43,242 bases of DNA from an uncultured Butyrivibrio sp. (GTDB lineage: Bacteria; Bacillota; Clostridia; Lachnospirales; Lachnospiraceae), in contig CAMJFD010000001.1 in assembly GCA_946404845.1 (NCBI GenBank), positions 1-43,242 on the forward strand, written 5' to 3'. The position numbers and the translations under genes are program-made. Below the pieces are notes generated by a model. It made no database searches. It was given only the letters and a program-made list of their open reading frames with translations, and was not told the DNA's origin. Positions 31,865 to 42,131 of the stretch are shown here, in pieces. How positions within the stretch are numbered: the first letter of the stretch is position 1; every line of letters begins with the position of its first letter.

Positions 31865-32321
31865 TACAGAAAAAGAAAAGTTCAAAGAGTTATTGAAGGC
31901 AAAAGGCCTTAAAGTTACAAACCAGAGAATACTGGTTTTACAAGCTCTGTCTGAAAATGAGGGAAAACACCTCACAGCAGAGGAAATTTTTGAGTTGGTA
32001 AAAGCAGACTATCCTGGACTAGGGATGGCGACTGTTTACAGAACAATATTGGTACTGATGGAGTTACACTTAATTGATCGAATTAATTTTGATGATGGTC
32101 AGGCACGCTACGAGATAGCAAGGGCGAGTGACGGTAGCGCACACCATCATCATCATCATCACTTGAAGTGTTTGAAATGTGGCAAAGTCTTTGAATTCGA
32201 AGAGGATATGATGGAAGGCCTCGAGACGGAAATCGAAAAAAAGACTGGTTTTAAAATTGTTGATCATGAAGTTAAACTCTATGGGTACTGCAGAGAATGC
32301 GGAGGTTTACCTATTGAGTAA
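31854..32321 (+). CDS. fur: Fur-family transcriptional repressor
   Basis: GLKVTNQR, HLTAEEIF, ATVYRT, HHHHHHH-CLKC, GYCREC; start uncertain (TTG 31854 after GAGGG, or ATG 31836). Confidence 0.9.
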   Translation: MISNTEKEKFKELLKAKGLKVTNQRILVLQALSENEGKHLTAEEIFELVKADYPGLGMATVYRTILVLMELHLIDRINFDDGQARYEIARASDGSAHHHHHHHLKCLKCGKVFEFEEDMMEGLETEIEKKTGFKIVDHEVKLYGYCRECGGLPIE

Positions 32322-33993
32322 AATAAAAAAAGAAAATACTTCCAAGCTGCAGATAATTCCACTTGGTGGATTAGAGCAGATTGGAATGAACATTACTGCC
32401 TTCAGATATGAAGACAGTATTATTGTAGTGGATTGCGGTCTGTCATTCCCAGATGATGACATGCTGGGTATAGATCTTGTAATCCCTGATATCACTTATT
32501 TACAGGAAAATATTGATAAAGTAAAAGGCTTTGTAATAACGCACGGCCACGAGGATCATATCGGAGCACTTCCATATATCCTCAAAGAACTGAATATTCC
32601 AGTTTATGCTACAAGACTGACTATGGGTATTATTGAACATAAGTTAGAAGAGCATAATCTGTTAAAGGGCACAAGACGAAAGGTCGTAAAGTTCGGCCAG
32701 TCAATTAATCTCGGCAATTTCCGTGTCGAGTTCATTAGAACAAATCATTCCATCGTAGATGCAGCAGCTCTTGCTATCTATTCACCAGCAGGAATTGTAG
32801 TGCATACAGGTGACTTTAAGGTTGACTATACACCAGTATTTGGAGATCCAATTGATCTTCAGAGATTTGCAGAGATTGGAAAAAAAGGTGTTCTCGCCCT
32901 GCTATGTGATTCAACTAATGCAGAGAGACCTGGTTATACACCATCTGAAAAAACTGTAGGAAGAACATTTGATTTACTGTTCGAAGAACATTCAAAATCA
33001 AGAATTATAATTGCTACATTTGCATCAAATGTAGATAGAGTACAACAGATAATCAATTCTGCACATAAGTTTGGCAGAAAGGTTGTAGTCGAAGGAAGAA
33101 GTATGGTAAGCATTATAGATATAGCTCAGAAGCTAGAATGCATACAGATTCCAGAGAATACACTTATAGATATCGATGAACTTAAGAACTATCCTGAGAA
33201 CCAGACTGTTATTATTACAACTGGAAGCCAGGGTGAGAGTATGGCAGCTCTTAGCCGTATAGCTAATAACCAGCATAGAAAGATTACTATTAGTAGCGGA
33301 GATACAGTAATATTCTCATCATCACCTATTCCAGGTAATGAAAAGGCTGTTACTAATATAATCAATGAACTTCAGATGAAGGGAGCAGATGTAGTATTTC
33401 AGGACGTACATGTATCAGGTCATGCATGTCAGGAAGATATCAAGCTCATATACACGCTTGTTAAGCCTAAATATTCTATTCCTGTACATGGTGAGTACAA
33501 ACATCTTATTGCACAGAGAAATATTGCAAGAGACCTTGGTATAGACAAGGAAAATATCTTCATCCTGCATTCAGGAGATGTTCTTGAACTTGATGATGAA
33601 GGGGCTAAGGTTGCAGGCAAGGTTCCTACAGGAGCAATCCTTGTAGATGGACTTGGAGTTGGTGACGTAGGTAATGTTGTACTTAGAGATAGACAGCACC
33701 TTGCAGAAGATGGTATTGTAATTGTTGTATTTGGAATAGATAAGGATAATGCCCAGCTCATATCAGGTCCTAGCATTGTTTCAAGAGGATTTGTATATGT
33801 TAAGGAGTCAGATGCTCTTATTGAGAATGCTACAGATCTTTGTTATGATGAAATCTACGAAGCTCTGGAAAAGGGTATTACTGACTGGGGCAAACTAAAG
33901 AGCCTTGTTAAAGATACACTTAGTGAATATATATGGAAGAAAACTAAGCGTAGACCTATGATTCTACCAATTATAATGGATGCTAATGTTTAA
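32314..33993 (+). CDS. rnj: Ribonuclease J
   Basis: PLGGLEQIGMN, THGHEDHIG, HTGDFK, HVSGH, PVHGE, RRPMILP; TTG start after GGAGGT, overlapping the fur stop. Confidence 0.96.
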   Translation: MSKIKKENTSKLQIIPLGGLEQIGMNITAFRYEDSIIVVDCGLSFPDDDMLGIDLVIPDITYLQENIDKVKGFVITHGHEDHIGALPYILKELNIPVYATRLTMGIIEHKLEEHNLLKGTRRKVVKFGQSINLGNFRVEFIRTNHSIVDAAALAIYSPAGIVVHTGDFKVDYTPVFGDPIDLQRFAEIGKKGVLALLCDSTNAERPGYTPSEKTVGRTFDLLFEEHSKSRIIIATFASNVDRVQQIINSAHKFGRKVVVEGRSMVSIIDIAQKLECIQIPENTLIDIDELKNYPENQTVIITTGSQGESMAALSRIANNQHRKITISSGDTVIFSSSPIPGNEKAVTNIINELQMKGADVVFQDVHVSGHACQEDIKLIYTLVKPKYSIPVHGEYKHLIAQRNIARDLGIDKENIFILHSGDVLELDDEGAKVAGKVPTGAILVDGLGVGDVGNVVLRDRQHLAEDGIVIVVFGIDKDNAQLISGPSIVSRGFVYVKESDALIENATDLCYDEIYEALEKGITDWGKLKSLVKDTLSEYIWKKTKRRPMILPIIMDANV

Positions 33994-34059
33994 TATGTCA
34001 TCAAAATGACATGTAGCAGATACAGTTAACACTTATACTGCTTTAGAATGGGGATTTTT

Positions 34060-34461
34060 ATGAAAAGTAAGACAATCGGTCTGGCTATTGTCGACACAGT
34101 AACACGAATAGCTATATTAGTAATAGCCGTAATGATTATATATAACGGTGCGCAGGCGGCTTACAAATTTGGATACCGTATATATAACCAAACTGCAGTT
34201 TCACCTGTAGAAGGTAGAACGGTTGCATCAGTAACTATTACTTCAGATATGTCTGTTATGGATATAGCTGATTTACTTAAGAGCAAGGGATTAATAGCTG
34301 ATACCAGACTATTTTATTTCCAGGAACTGTTTTCTACCAACAGCGGCAAGATACAGCCTGGTACCTATGAGCTCGATGCCTCAATGACACCTGAAGAGAT
34401 GATTCAGATAATGAGTGCATCATATGAAGAGACAGAGGAAACAGAAGATAGTGGAAATTAA
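34060..34461 (+). CDS. Short MltG/YceG-like protein (N-terminal domain only)
   Basis: TM helix, then IADLLKSKGLI...KIQPGTYEL...MTPEEMIQIM; occupies the mltG position before the O-methyltransferase and U32 genes; no catalytic domain. Confidence 0.75.
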   Translation: MKSKTIGLAIVDTVTRIAILVIAVMIIYNGAQAAYKFGYRIYNQTAVSPVEGRTVASVTITSDMSVMDIADLLKSKGLIADTRLFYFQELFSTNSGKIQPGTYELDASMTPEEMIQIMSASYEETEETEDSGN

Positions 34462-35095
34462 TGAAGAGAGATTTACCTCATTTATCAATTCTATGGACAG
34501 AGGTAATGAACCATATTTAGATGAATTAGAGAGAGATGCCCTTTCGAATGATGTACCAATTATTCGAAAGGACACTCAGACTCTTTTAAAATTCTTACTT
34601 AAAATGCAGAAGCCAAAGAACATCCTGGAAGTAGGATGTGCTATTGGTTTTTCTGCACTTTTAATGTCTGAATATTCAGAACCTGATTGTAAGATAACTA
34701 CAATAGAAAAATTCGAAAAAAGAATACCTATAGCAAAAGACAATTTTAATAAGTTCGACAAAGGTAATAAAATCACACTTCTTGAGGGCGACGCGACTGA
34801 AATACTTAAGGAACTTGACCCAGGGTATGATTTTATTTTTATGGATGCCGCTAAGGGGCAGTATATAAATTTCCTTCCGGATTGTACCAGAATCCTTAAT
34901 AAGGGAGGACTTCTCATATCTGATAATGTTCTGCAGGACGGAGACGTTATAGAATCAAGATTTGCAGTAACCAGGAGAAACCGTACAATTCATGCTCGTA
35001 TGAGAGAATATCTATATGAGCTCAAGCATAATGATAATTACGAGACAGTTATCCTCACAGTTGGTGATGGGATGACACTTAGCTATAAGCTCTGA
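34451..35095 (+). CDS. O-methyltransferase (TrmR/YrrM-like, tRNA ho5U methyltransferase)
   Basis: VPII, ILEVGCAIGFS, FIFMDAAKGQY, ISDNVL, GDG; probable GTG start at 34451; adjacent to a U32 gene. Confidence 0.85.
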   Translation: MEINEERFTSFINSMDRGNEPYLDELERDALSNDVPIIRKDTQTLLKFLLKMQKPKNILEVGCAIGFSALLMSEYSEPDCKITTIEKFEKRIPIAKDNFNKFDKGNKITLLEGDATEILKELDPGYDFIFMDAAKGQYINFLPDCTRILNKGGLLISDNVLQDGDVIESRFAVTRRNRTIHARMREYLYELKHNDNYETVILTVGDGMTLSYKL

Positions 35096-35157
35096 TGAGC
35101 AGGGCATGTAGAAGTAGTAAATGGTAGTTTTGGTAAGTTAAGTAGGAGATTAGATCA

Positions 35158-36426
35158 ATGAAAAAACCAGAGTTATTGATACCAGCAAGCAGTCTTGAAG
35201 TACTAAAGACTGCTGTTATTTATGGAGCAGATGCTGTATATATTGGTGGTGAAGCATTTGGACTTAGAGCTAAAGCCAAGAACTTCTCCAAAGAAGATAT
35301 GAAGGCAGGAATTGAATTTGCTCATGAACATGGTGTTAAAGTACATGTTACTGTAAATATTCTTGCACATAACTATGATCTTGAAGGCGCAAGAGAATAT
35401 CTTAAAGAGTTAAAAGAGTTAAAGCCAGATGCTCTTATAATTGCTGATCCGGGTATTTTTACTATGGCTAGAGAGATTTGCCCTGAAATCGAGGCACATA
35501 TATCTACCCAGGCTAATAATACTAACTATGAAACTTATAACTTCTGGTACAAGCTGGGTGCAAAGAGAGTAGTAGCAGCAAGAGAACTGTCACTTGTAGA
35601 GATTAAGCAGATCAAAGAGAAGATTCCTGAAGATCTTGAAATGGAATGCTTCATTCACGGAGCAATGTGTATTTCATATTCTGGAAGATGTCTGTTATCT
35701 AATTACTTTACGGGAAGAGATGCTAACAGAGGTGCCTGCACACATCCTTGCAGATGGAAATATTCTATCGTAGAGGAGCAGAGACCAGGCGAATATCTGC
35801 CAGTATATGAAAACGAAAGAGGAACATACATCTTTAACTCCAAGGATCTGTGTATGATAGAGCATATACCAGAGCTGATGGATGCAGGTGTAGACAGCTG
35901 CAAGATTGAAGGACGTATGAAGACAGCACTTTACGTTGCAACTGTTGCCAGAACATATAGAAAAGCTATCGATGACTTTTTTGAGTCAGAAGAAAAATAT
36001 AGAGAGAACATGCCTTGGTATAAGGACGAGATTTCAAAGTGTACTTATAGACAGTTCACAACAGGATTCTATTTTGGAAAGCCTACTGATGAAACTCAGA
36101 TATATGATAACAACACATATGTCAATGAATACACATACCTCGGTATTGTTGGGGATGTTGTAGAGAGTCTTCCGGATGTAACACCTAAGGGTGAGTTTGG
36201 ATACGGACAGATAGAACAGCGTAACAAATTCTCAGTTGGTGATGTAATCGAGATAATGAAGCCAGACGGCAGAGATATTGAGACTACAGTGCTTGGACTT
36301 TATGATGAGAAGTTCAAACCGGTTGAAAGCGCTCCACATCCTAAGCAGCTCCTCTATGTTGAACTTGATAAGCAGCTGGATAAGTACGATATCATCAGAG
36401 TGCATAGAGCACAACAGGATGCATAA
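35158..36426 (+). CDS. U32-family protein (TrhP-like tRNA hydroxylase)
   Basis: PELLIPA, GADAVYIG, HISTQAN, ARELS, HGAMCISYSGRC, GACTHPCR, KIEGR. Confidence 0.92.
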   Translation: MKKPELLIPASSLEVLKTAVIYGADAVYIGGEAFGLRAKAKNFSKEDMKAGIEFAHEHGVKVHVTVNILAHNYDLEGAREYLKELKELKPDALIIADPGIFTMAREICPEIEAHISTQANNTNYETYNFWYKLGAKRVVAARELSLVEIKQIKEKIPEDLEMECFIHGAMCISYSGRCLLSNYFTGRDANRGACTHPCRWKYSIVEEQRPGEYLPVYENERGTYIFNSKDLCMIEHIPELMDAGVDSCKIEGRMKTALYVATVARTYRKAIDDFFESEEKYRENMPWYKDEISKCTYRQFTTGFYFGKPTDETQIYDNNTYVNEYTYLGIVGDVVESLPDVTPKGEFGYGQIEQRNKFSVGDVIEIMKPDGRDIETTVLGLYDEKFKPVESAPHPKQLLYVELDKQLDKYDIIRVHRAQQDA

Positions 36427-36577
36427 AAAAAGTTCACAAATTGTGGAATAATTTTATGGTACATATTTCTAATATGTGGTATTTTACTTATTAGGAAAAA
36501 ATTAGTTGTATATAACTAATCATATATTCAAGGAATTACAAACAAGGAAAAGTGTACAAAAGGAGCCAAAAACAAAA

Positions 36578-38689
36578 ATGGGAAATCAGGTAAATCTCGA
36601 GGAAATTTACGGACAGAACGTCTTCACTCTTGCCAAGATGAAGGAACGACTTCCAAAAAATGTTTACAAAGAAGTTGTAGAAGTACTGGAAAATGGTGGT
36701 GACCTTTCCAGGGAATCAGCAGATGTTGTTGCTAATGCCATGAAGAACTGGGCAATTGAAAATGGTGCAACACATTATACTCACTGGTTCCAGCCACTTA
36801 CAGGAATTACAGCTGAAAAACATGATTCATTTGTAACTAATGCAGGCGCAGACGGAAAGATGCTTACTTCTTTCTCTGGAAAAGAACTGATTAAAGGTGA
36901 GCCAGATGCTTCATCATTCCCATCAGGTGGACTTCGTGCCACATTTGAAGCTCGTGGATATACAGCCTGGGATATTACATCACCAGCATTCTTAAAGGAA
37001 AGCGGAGCTGGTGTAACACTTTGCATTCCAACAGCCTTCTGTTCATATACAGGAGAAGCTCTTGATAAGAAGACACCACTTCTAAGATCAATGGAAGCAA
37101 TTAACAAACAGGCACTTAGAATTGTTAGACTTTTTGGTAATACTAAGGCTACAAAGGTAAATGTTTCTGTAGGACCAGAGCAGGAATACTTCCTTGTAGA
37201 CTGGGATAAGTCAATGAAGAGACCTGACCTTATCTTTACAGGTCGTACACTCTTTGGTGCTCCAGCTCCAAAGGGACAGGAAATGGAAGATCATTACTTC
37301 GGTGTTATTCGTGAAAGAGTTGGCGAATACATGAAGGATCTTAACGAAGAATTATGGAAGCTTGGTGTGCCAGATAAGACACAGCACAACGAAGTTGCCC
37401 CTGGACAGCACGAGCTTGCTCCTATATATGAGACAGCTAATATAGCTGTTGATCACAACCAGATCATCATGGAAACAATGAAGAGAGTTGCTGAACATCA
37501 CAACATGAGATGTCTTCTCCACGAGAAGCCATTTGCAGGTGTTAATGGTTCAGGTAAGCATGATAACTGGTCACTTTGTACTGATGATGGTGTAAACCTT
37601 CTTGATCCAGGCGATACACCTAACAAGAACGTTCAGTTCTTATTTGTTCTGTCATGCATACTTAAAGCAGTAGACAGACATGCTGACCTTCTGCGTCAGA
37701 GTGCTTCTGATGTAGGAAATGACCACAGACTTGGTGCTGATGAGGCTCCACCAGCAATCATTTCTGTATTCCTTGGAGAACAGCTTGATGACGTTGTTAA
37801 GCAGCTCATCGAGACTGGTGAAGCTAAAAAGAGTAAGAAGGGCGGACGTCTTAAGACTGGTGTATCAACACTTCAGGAATTTGAGAAGGATGCAACAGAC
37901 CGTAACCGTACTTCACCATTTGCATTTACAGGTAATAAATTTGAGTTCCGTATGGTAGGTTCTTCAGATTCAATGGCGAGCCCAAATACAACTCTTAATA
38001 CAATCGTTGCAGAAGCTTTCTGTGAAGCAGCTGATGAACTTGAAAAGGCTGATAACTTTGATATGGCTGTACATGACATGATCAAGGCTAACCTCACAGA
38101 GCATGAGAGAATCATTTTCAATGGTGATGGATATTCAGATGCCTGGGTTGAAGAAGCTGAGAGACGTGGACTTCCAAACATTAAGTCTACAATTGAAGCT
38201 GCAGAGACACTTACAACTAAGAAGTCAATTGACCTCTTTGAGAAGTTTGGAGTATTCACACAGACAGAGCTTGAAGCCAGAGAAGAAGTTATATATGAGA
38301 CATATGCCAAGACTATTAATATCGAGGCTCTTACTATGATCGATATGGCTTCTAAGCAGATTATTCCAGCAGTAGCTAAGTATTCAGGATCTCTTGCAAG
38401 AGATATCAATGAAATCAAGCAGGCTGGTGCAGATGCATCTGTAGAGCAGGAAATCCTTGTAGAGATTTCTAAAGAACTTAAGGCTATGAAGAAAGCTCTT
38501 GATCAGCTCATCAAAGATGAAAAGAAAGCTGGATCAATTGCAGAATGTAAGAAGAGAGCATTCTTCTACAAGGATACTGTAGTTCCAACAATGGCTAAGT
38601 TAAGAGCACCTGCAGATAAACTTGAGATGCTTGTTGATAAGAAGGAATGGCCATTCCCAACATATGCAGATCTTCTGTTTGAAGGCTAA
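36578..38689 (+). CDS. glnA: Glutamine synthetase type III
   Basis: [68 protein letters not shown]; ATG 36578 after AAGGAG. Confidence 0.96.
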   Translation: MGNQVNLEEIYGQNVFTLAKMKERLPKNVYKEVVEVLENGGDLSRESADVVANAMKNWAIENGATHYTHWFQPLTGITAEKHDSFVTNAGADGKMLTSFSGKELIKGEPDASSFPSGGLRATFEARGYTAWDITSPAFLKESGAGVTLCIPTAFCSYTGEALDKKTPLLRSMEAINKQALRIVRLFGNTKATKVNVSVGPEQEYFLVDWDKSMKRPDLIFTGRTLFGAPAPKGQEMEDHYFGVIRERVGEYMKDLNEELWKLGVPDKTQHNEVAPGQHELAPIYETANIAVDHNQIIMETMKRVAEHHNMRCLLHEKPFAGVNGSGKHDNWSLCTDDGVNLLDPGDTPNKNVQFLFVLSCILKAVDRHADLLRQSASDVGNDHRLGADEAPPAIISVFLGEQLDDVVKQLIETGEAKKSKKGGRLKTGVSTLQEFEKDATDRNRTSPFAFTGNKFEFRMVGSSDSMASPNTTLNTIVAEAFCEAADELEKADNFDMAVHDMIKANLTEHERIIFNGDGYSDAWVEEAERRGLPNIKSTIEAAETLTTKKSIDLFEKFGVFTQTELEAREEVIYETYAKTINIEALTMIDMASKQIIPAVAKYSGSLARDINEIKQAGADASVEQEILVEISKELKAMKKALDQLIKDEKKAGSIAECKKRAFFYKDTVVPTMAKLRAPADKLEMLVDKKEWPFPTYADLLFEG

Positions 38690-38717
38690 TTACCAAAATA
38701 AATAATAAGATAATTAT

Positions 38718-38759
38718 GAACTGTCACTTTATATAAATAGGGTGGCAGTTCTTTTTTTT
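38718..38759 (+). terminator. Terminator of glnA
   Basis: GAACTGTCAC...GTGGCAGTTC stem followed by T8. Confidence 0.85.
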
Positions 38760-38782
38760 ATAACTAATAGAAAATAGGTAAT

Positions 38783-38820
38783 AAAAAAGCTACTCAGAAA
38801 TGTTAATCCTGAGTAGCTTT
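38783..38820 (-). terminator. Terminator of the secreted beta-helix gene
   Basis: AAAGCTACTCAG...CTGAGTAGCTTT with an A-tract on the left (U-tract on minus strand). Confidence 0.8.
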
Positions 38821-38843
38821 AAATCTGGAATTATTATGCTATA

Positions 38844-41800
38844 TTATGAAGTTACTTTGATCTTGAGCTTATAAGTCTTGCCATTATATGTCTTGATTGT
38901 AATTTTGGTTGTACCAGCCTTTTTAGCTACCACAATGCCGTTACTAGATACAGAAGCAAATTTCTTCTTAGAGCTCTTATATGTAATCTTTCCTGAGCCT
39001 CCTGTAAGCTTTACAGGTATCTTATATACATCACCAACGCTAAGAGTAATAGTTTTCTTAGATGTCTTAACCTTTGTTGCAGGCTTTTTGACCTTAACGG
39101 TAAGTATTGCTGTGCAGCCGTCCTGCTTGAATTTCAATGTGGATGAACCATTTTTCTTAGCTGTGAGCTTGTTACTACTCCAGGTTACAACTGATTTCTT
39201 ACTATTTTTCTTTTTTACCTTGGCACCAGACTTACTCTTGAACATCTTGGCTGTGCACTTTTCATTATTACCCATTACAATAGCACCACAGGAAAATGCT
39301 ATACCTTTTGAACTTGAATCTATTATAAATGCTTTTTTCTTGCTGACTACATTATTGTTTTTGGTAGTAGTAATCTGAGATGAATTATAAACAAGTACGC
39401 CGTTATTGGTAATGTTGGCCATATTGTTGGTGTAGAGTTTGGATACAGTAGATGAAGTATTGACCATGATACCGTATTTTCCACCTGATATAAGGTTACT
39501 ACTAATTGAATCAGCCTTAGATATATTGAGGTAAATAGCCTCTTCACCAGGGTTATTAAATGTATTTGAATCTATATTCGTAGCACTTGATTCATATAGA
39601 TATATTCCATACAGATTGATACTAGTGAGAGTGTTACTACTGATTTTGTTGCTATTTGAACTATCCTTACATACAATTCCGATTGCATTACTTGTAGTGA
39701 AATTCGATATTGTATTACCTGTAACTGTACAGGATGAAGCATGGTCAAGTGTTATACCCTGTGGCTCAAATGCAGAAGTATTATTCTTGATAGTGTTGTT
39801 AATAATACTTGAACTGTTTGTATACATAGCATATATAGGATATACGGCTTCGCCTGTTATAGTGTTTCCATTAACTGTAAATCCGTCAACATAGAAGGCA
39901 CCTGTATTTAAATTACTATCATTACTAAGTCCGCCTATTCTGATAGCAAATGAAGGTGTTCCTCCATCATAATCAGAGTAGTTTACAAGAGATATAGTAT
40001 TATTCTCTACAACATTGCCAGATGAGTAATTGATGTAACTTGAATCATAAGAGCCATCATTTCTTTCATACATATAACCGCCAGCAGATTCAAAATCTAC
40101 TCCTGTATATACATTAGTCATAGTATTAGCTGAAATAAGTGAATTAGTCCAGCCAAGGGCAAATATGGCTCTCTCAGTTATATTAGTAAATTTGTTATCT
40201 AAAATATTAATGTTATTAGGGTGGCTTCCTAATACATATATATGATTACCGATTCCGCGAACCATATTATTGAATGTACAGTTAGATATTGTAAGAGATT
40301 CAACAGTCAGGTCATCATATGAATCAGAATCAGCATTAGTTATATTTATATTGTCAGATGAATGAGTAAAATCAATTTCTACAGCTTCACGTCCGTAACT
40401 GGTACTTCCAGTAAAAATACATCCTGAAATAGTAATATCCTTGGCAGCAGCTATTTCTATGGAATGTTCTGTAAGTGTATTATTAATAGTCATACCTGAT
40501 ACAGTAACATTGTTACAATGTGTCAATTGCATTAGGACACCGGTTGTTTTAGATCCAGAGGTTGTAAAATTACCGTTTAATATTTGGATATTAGTAAAAC
40601 CATCATATCCAGTATGAGATTCACCGTCATATAGTTTGGCTATATATGCCTTACTGGATGTTGTTGCCTTTAAAGTTACATTTGTATTAGAGTTAAATTC
40701 AAGTATGGTATTACTAGAAATCTTAAAGCCTTTTCCTGTGCTTAAAGTGTAACTTCCGGCAGGAACAACAATATGATAAACGGTTGATGAATCGTCACTT
40801 ATTGCTGAATTTAATGCTTTCTGAATTTCAGAATAGAAGTTTTCGCCTTCAAGTTCAGAAGATGAAAATGAAACCTTTTGTTCATTTCCTGAAGTTGTCC
40901 AATTGGTATTAAGGTATGTCAGTGCAACTGAGTAAGTAGAAAAAGAATCTGCATCAAAAGATACCTCATATGAATCATAGTAAGTAGTTGTAGTAATTTC
41001 TTCATATGAATTACAGCTTTCCATATCGATATCATCGAAAATAGAAGGATCAAGTTCTTCATTAGTAGAATCGTCTGTATCAAACGTAGCATTTTCAAGG
41101 TCTTCATCTATTGTATCTTCAAGATTTCCATCAGCAGATACATTATCTGAATCTGTAGGAAGAGTAGCAGCTAACATATCAGTAGTATCTACATTGCTAT
41201 CATATAGAGGATCTATGATTTCTGTTTCTTCTATCGCTATTTCATCTTCTTTTACATCGATATCAGAATCTACAGAAGAAATTTCATCATCACTTAAATG
41301 ATATACTTCTATATCTGTAGCAAATTCCTGATTCTCTATTGCAAAATCATCTGAAACCTTGATAGATACGTTTACAGAGTCATTTACAGGCTCAACTTCC
41401 TCTCCATCAAGATAGAATGAAATATCAAATGAAGCATGATCAAATACTGACTTGGAATCCTCATTTGCGATATCATTTACTACATCCTTGATATCTGATC
41501 CATTATGAGTTTCTACCTTTTTGATTTCTACAGTAACGCCATTTGGCAGAACATTTTCAGGAGCTTTGATACTAATATCAAAGTTATCTATGGTTTCTGA
41601 GTATTCAAATGCATCTGAAATAAGGTCTTCATCTGTTTTGGTAACTGAAGAGCTACCAGAACTTGCAGAATTAGATGCATCATCTGATGATGCAGAACTT
41701 GCCGCATCAGAACTTGTTTCAGCTGAGCTGGCAGTATCTGAATTGTCATCAGAACTATCTTCAGTACTACTATCAGAAGTAGCATCATCTTCAGTTATGA

Positions 41801-42131
41801 CGGAATCATTAGAACTTGCATCTCCAGAATTATCTGAATCAGTACTAGCAGATTCAGAACCTTCGTTAGAAGCATCATTTGTTGCAGTATCAGTTTCATC
41901 TACAGATTCTGTAGAATTATCATCAGTATCAGTTACTTCATCTGATACATCATCTGAGCCTTCAGAATCTGATTCATTAAGCGTAGTAGATTCTTCTGAT
42001 GTATCTATATTTTCATCAGAAGTAGCAGATGCAACAGAATCAAGACTGGTTCCTGCTGCATATACAGTACCGGCTTGCAGACTTGGTAGTACAAGTGTAC
42101 CAGCCAGAGCCAGGGCCAAAAACTTTTTCAT
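38844..42131 (-). CDS. Large secreted protein: signal peptide, Ser/Asp-rich linker, right-handed parallel beta-helix (pectin-lyase-like fold), C-terminal Ig-like (Big_2) domains
   Basis: MKKFLALALAG...VYA signal; IQKALNSA...IVVPAGSY beta-helix cap; repeated xIxxNxF/GI strands; ITYKSS...SVSSNGIVVAKKAGTTKITI Big_2; AAGGAG RBS before ATG 42131. Confidence 0.82.
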   Translation of the reverse strand: MKKFLALALAGTLVLPSLQAGTVYAAGTSLDSVASATSDENIDTSEESTTLNESDSEGSDDVSDEVTDTDDNSTESVDETDTATNDASNEGSESASTDSDNSGDASSNDSVITEDDATSDSSTEDSSDDNSDTASSAETSSDAASSASSDDASNSASSGSSSVTKTDEDLISDAFEYSETIDNFDISIKAPENVLPNGVTVEIKKVETHNGSDIKDVVNDIANEDSKSVFDHASFDISFYLDGEEVEPVNDSVNVSIKVSDDFAIENQEFATDIEVYHLSDDEISSVDSDIDVKEDEIAIEETEIIDPLYDSNVDTTDMLAATLPTDSDNVSADGNLEDTIDEDLENATFDTDDSTNEELDPSIFDDIDMESCNSYEEITTTTYYDSYEVSFDADSFSTYSVALTYLNTNWTTSGNEQKVSFSSSELEGENFYSEIQKALNSAISDDSSTVYHIVVPAGSYTLSTGKGFKISSNTILEFNSNTNVTLKATTSSKAYIAKLYDGESHTGYDGFTNIQILNGNFTTSGSKTTGVLMQLTHCNNVTVSGMTINNTLTEHSIEIAAAKDITISGCIFTGSTSYGREAVEIDFTHSSDNINITNADSDSYDDLTVESLTISNCTFNNMVRGIGNHIYVLGSHPNNINILDNKFTNITERAIFALGWTNSLISANTMTNVYTGVDFESAGGYMYERNDGSYDSSYINYSSGNVVENNTISLVNYSDYDGGTPSFAIRIGGLSNDSNLNTGAFYVDGFTVNGNTITGEAVYPIYAMYTNSSSIINNTIKNNTSAFEPQGITLDHASSCTVTGNTISNFTTSNAIGIVCKDSSNSNKISSNTLTSINLYGIYLYESSATNIDSNTFNNPGEEAIYLNISKADSISSNLISGGKYGIMVNTSSTVSKLYTNNMANITNNGVLVYNSSQITTTKNNNVVSKKKAFIIDSSSKGIAFSCGAIVMGNNEKCTAKMFKSKSGAKVKKKNSKKSVVTWSSNKLTAKKNGSSTLKFKQDGCTAILTVKVKKPATKVKTSKKTITLSVGDVYKIPVKLTGGSGKITYKSSKKKFASVSSNGIVVAKKAGTTKITIKTYNGKTYKLKIKVTS

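Noticed and set aside
33995-34012. TGTCA-N6-TGACA palindrome as a GlnR/TnrA box
   Set aside because: Spacer is 6 rather than 7 nt and it is not near a nitrogen gene promoter; more likely a small intergenic hairpin.
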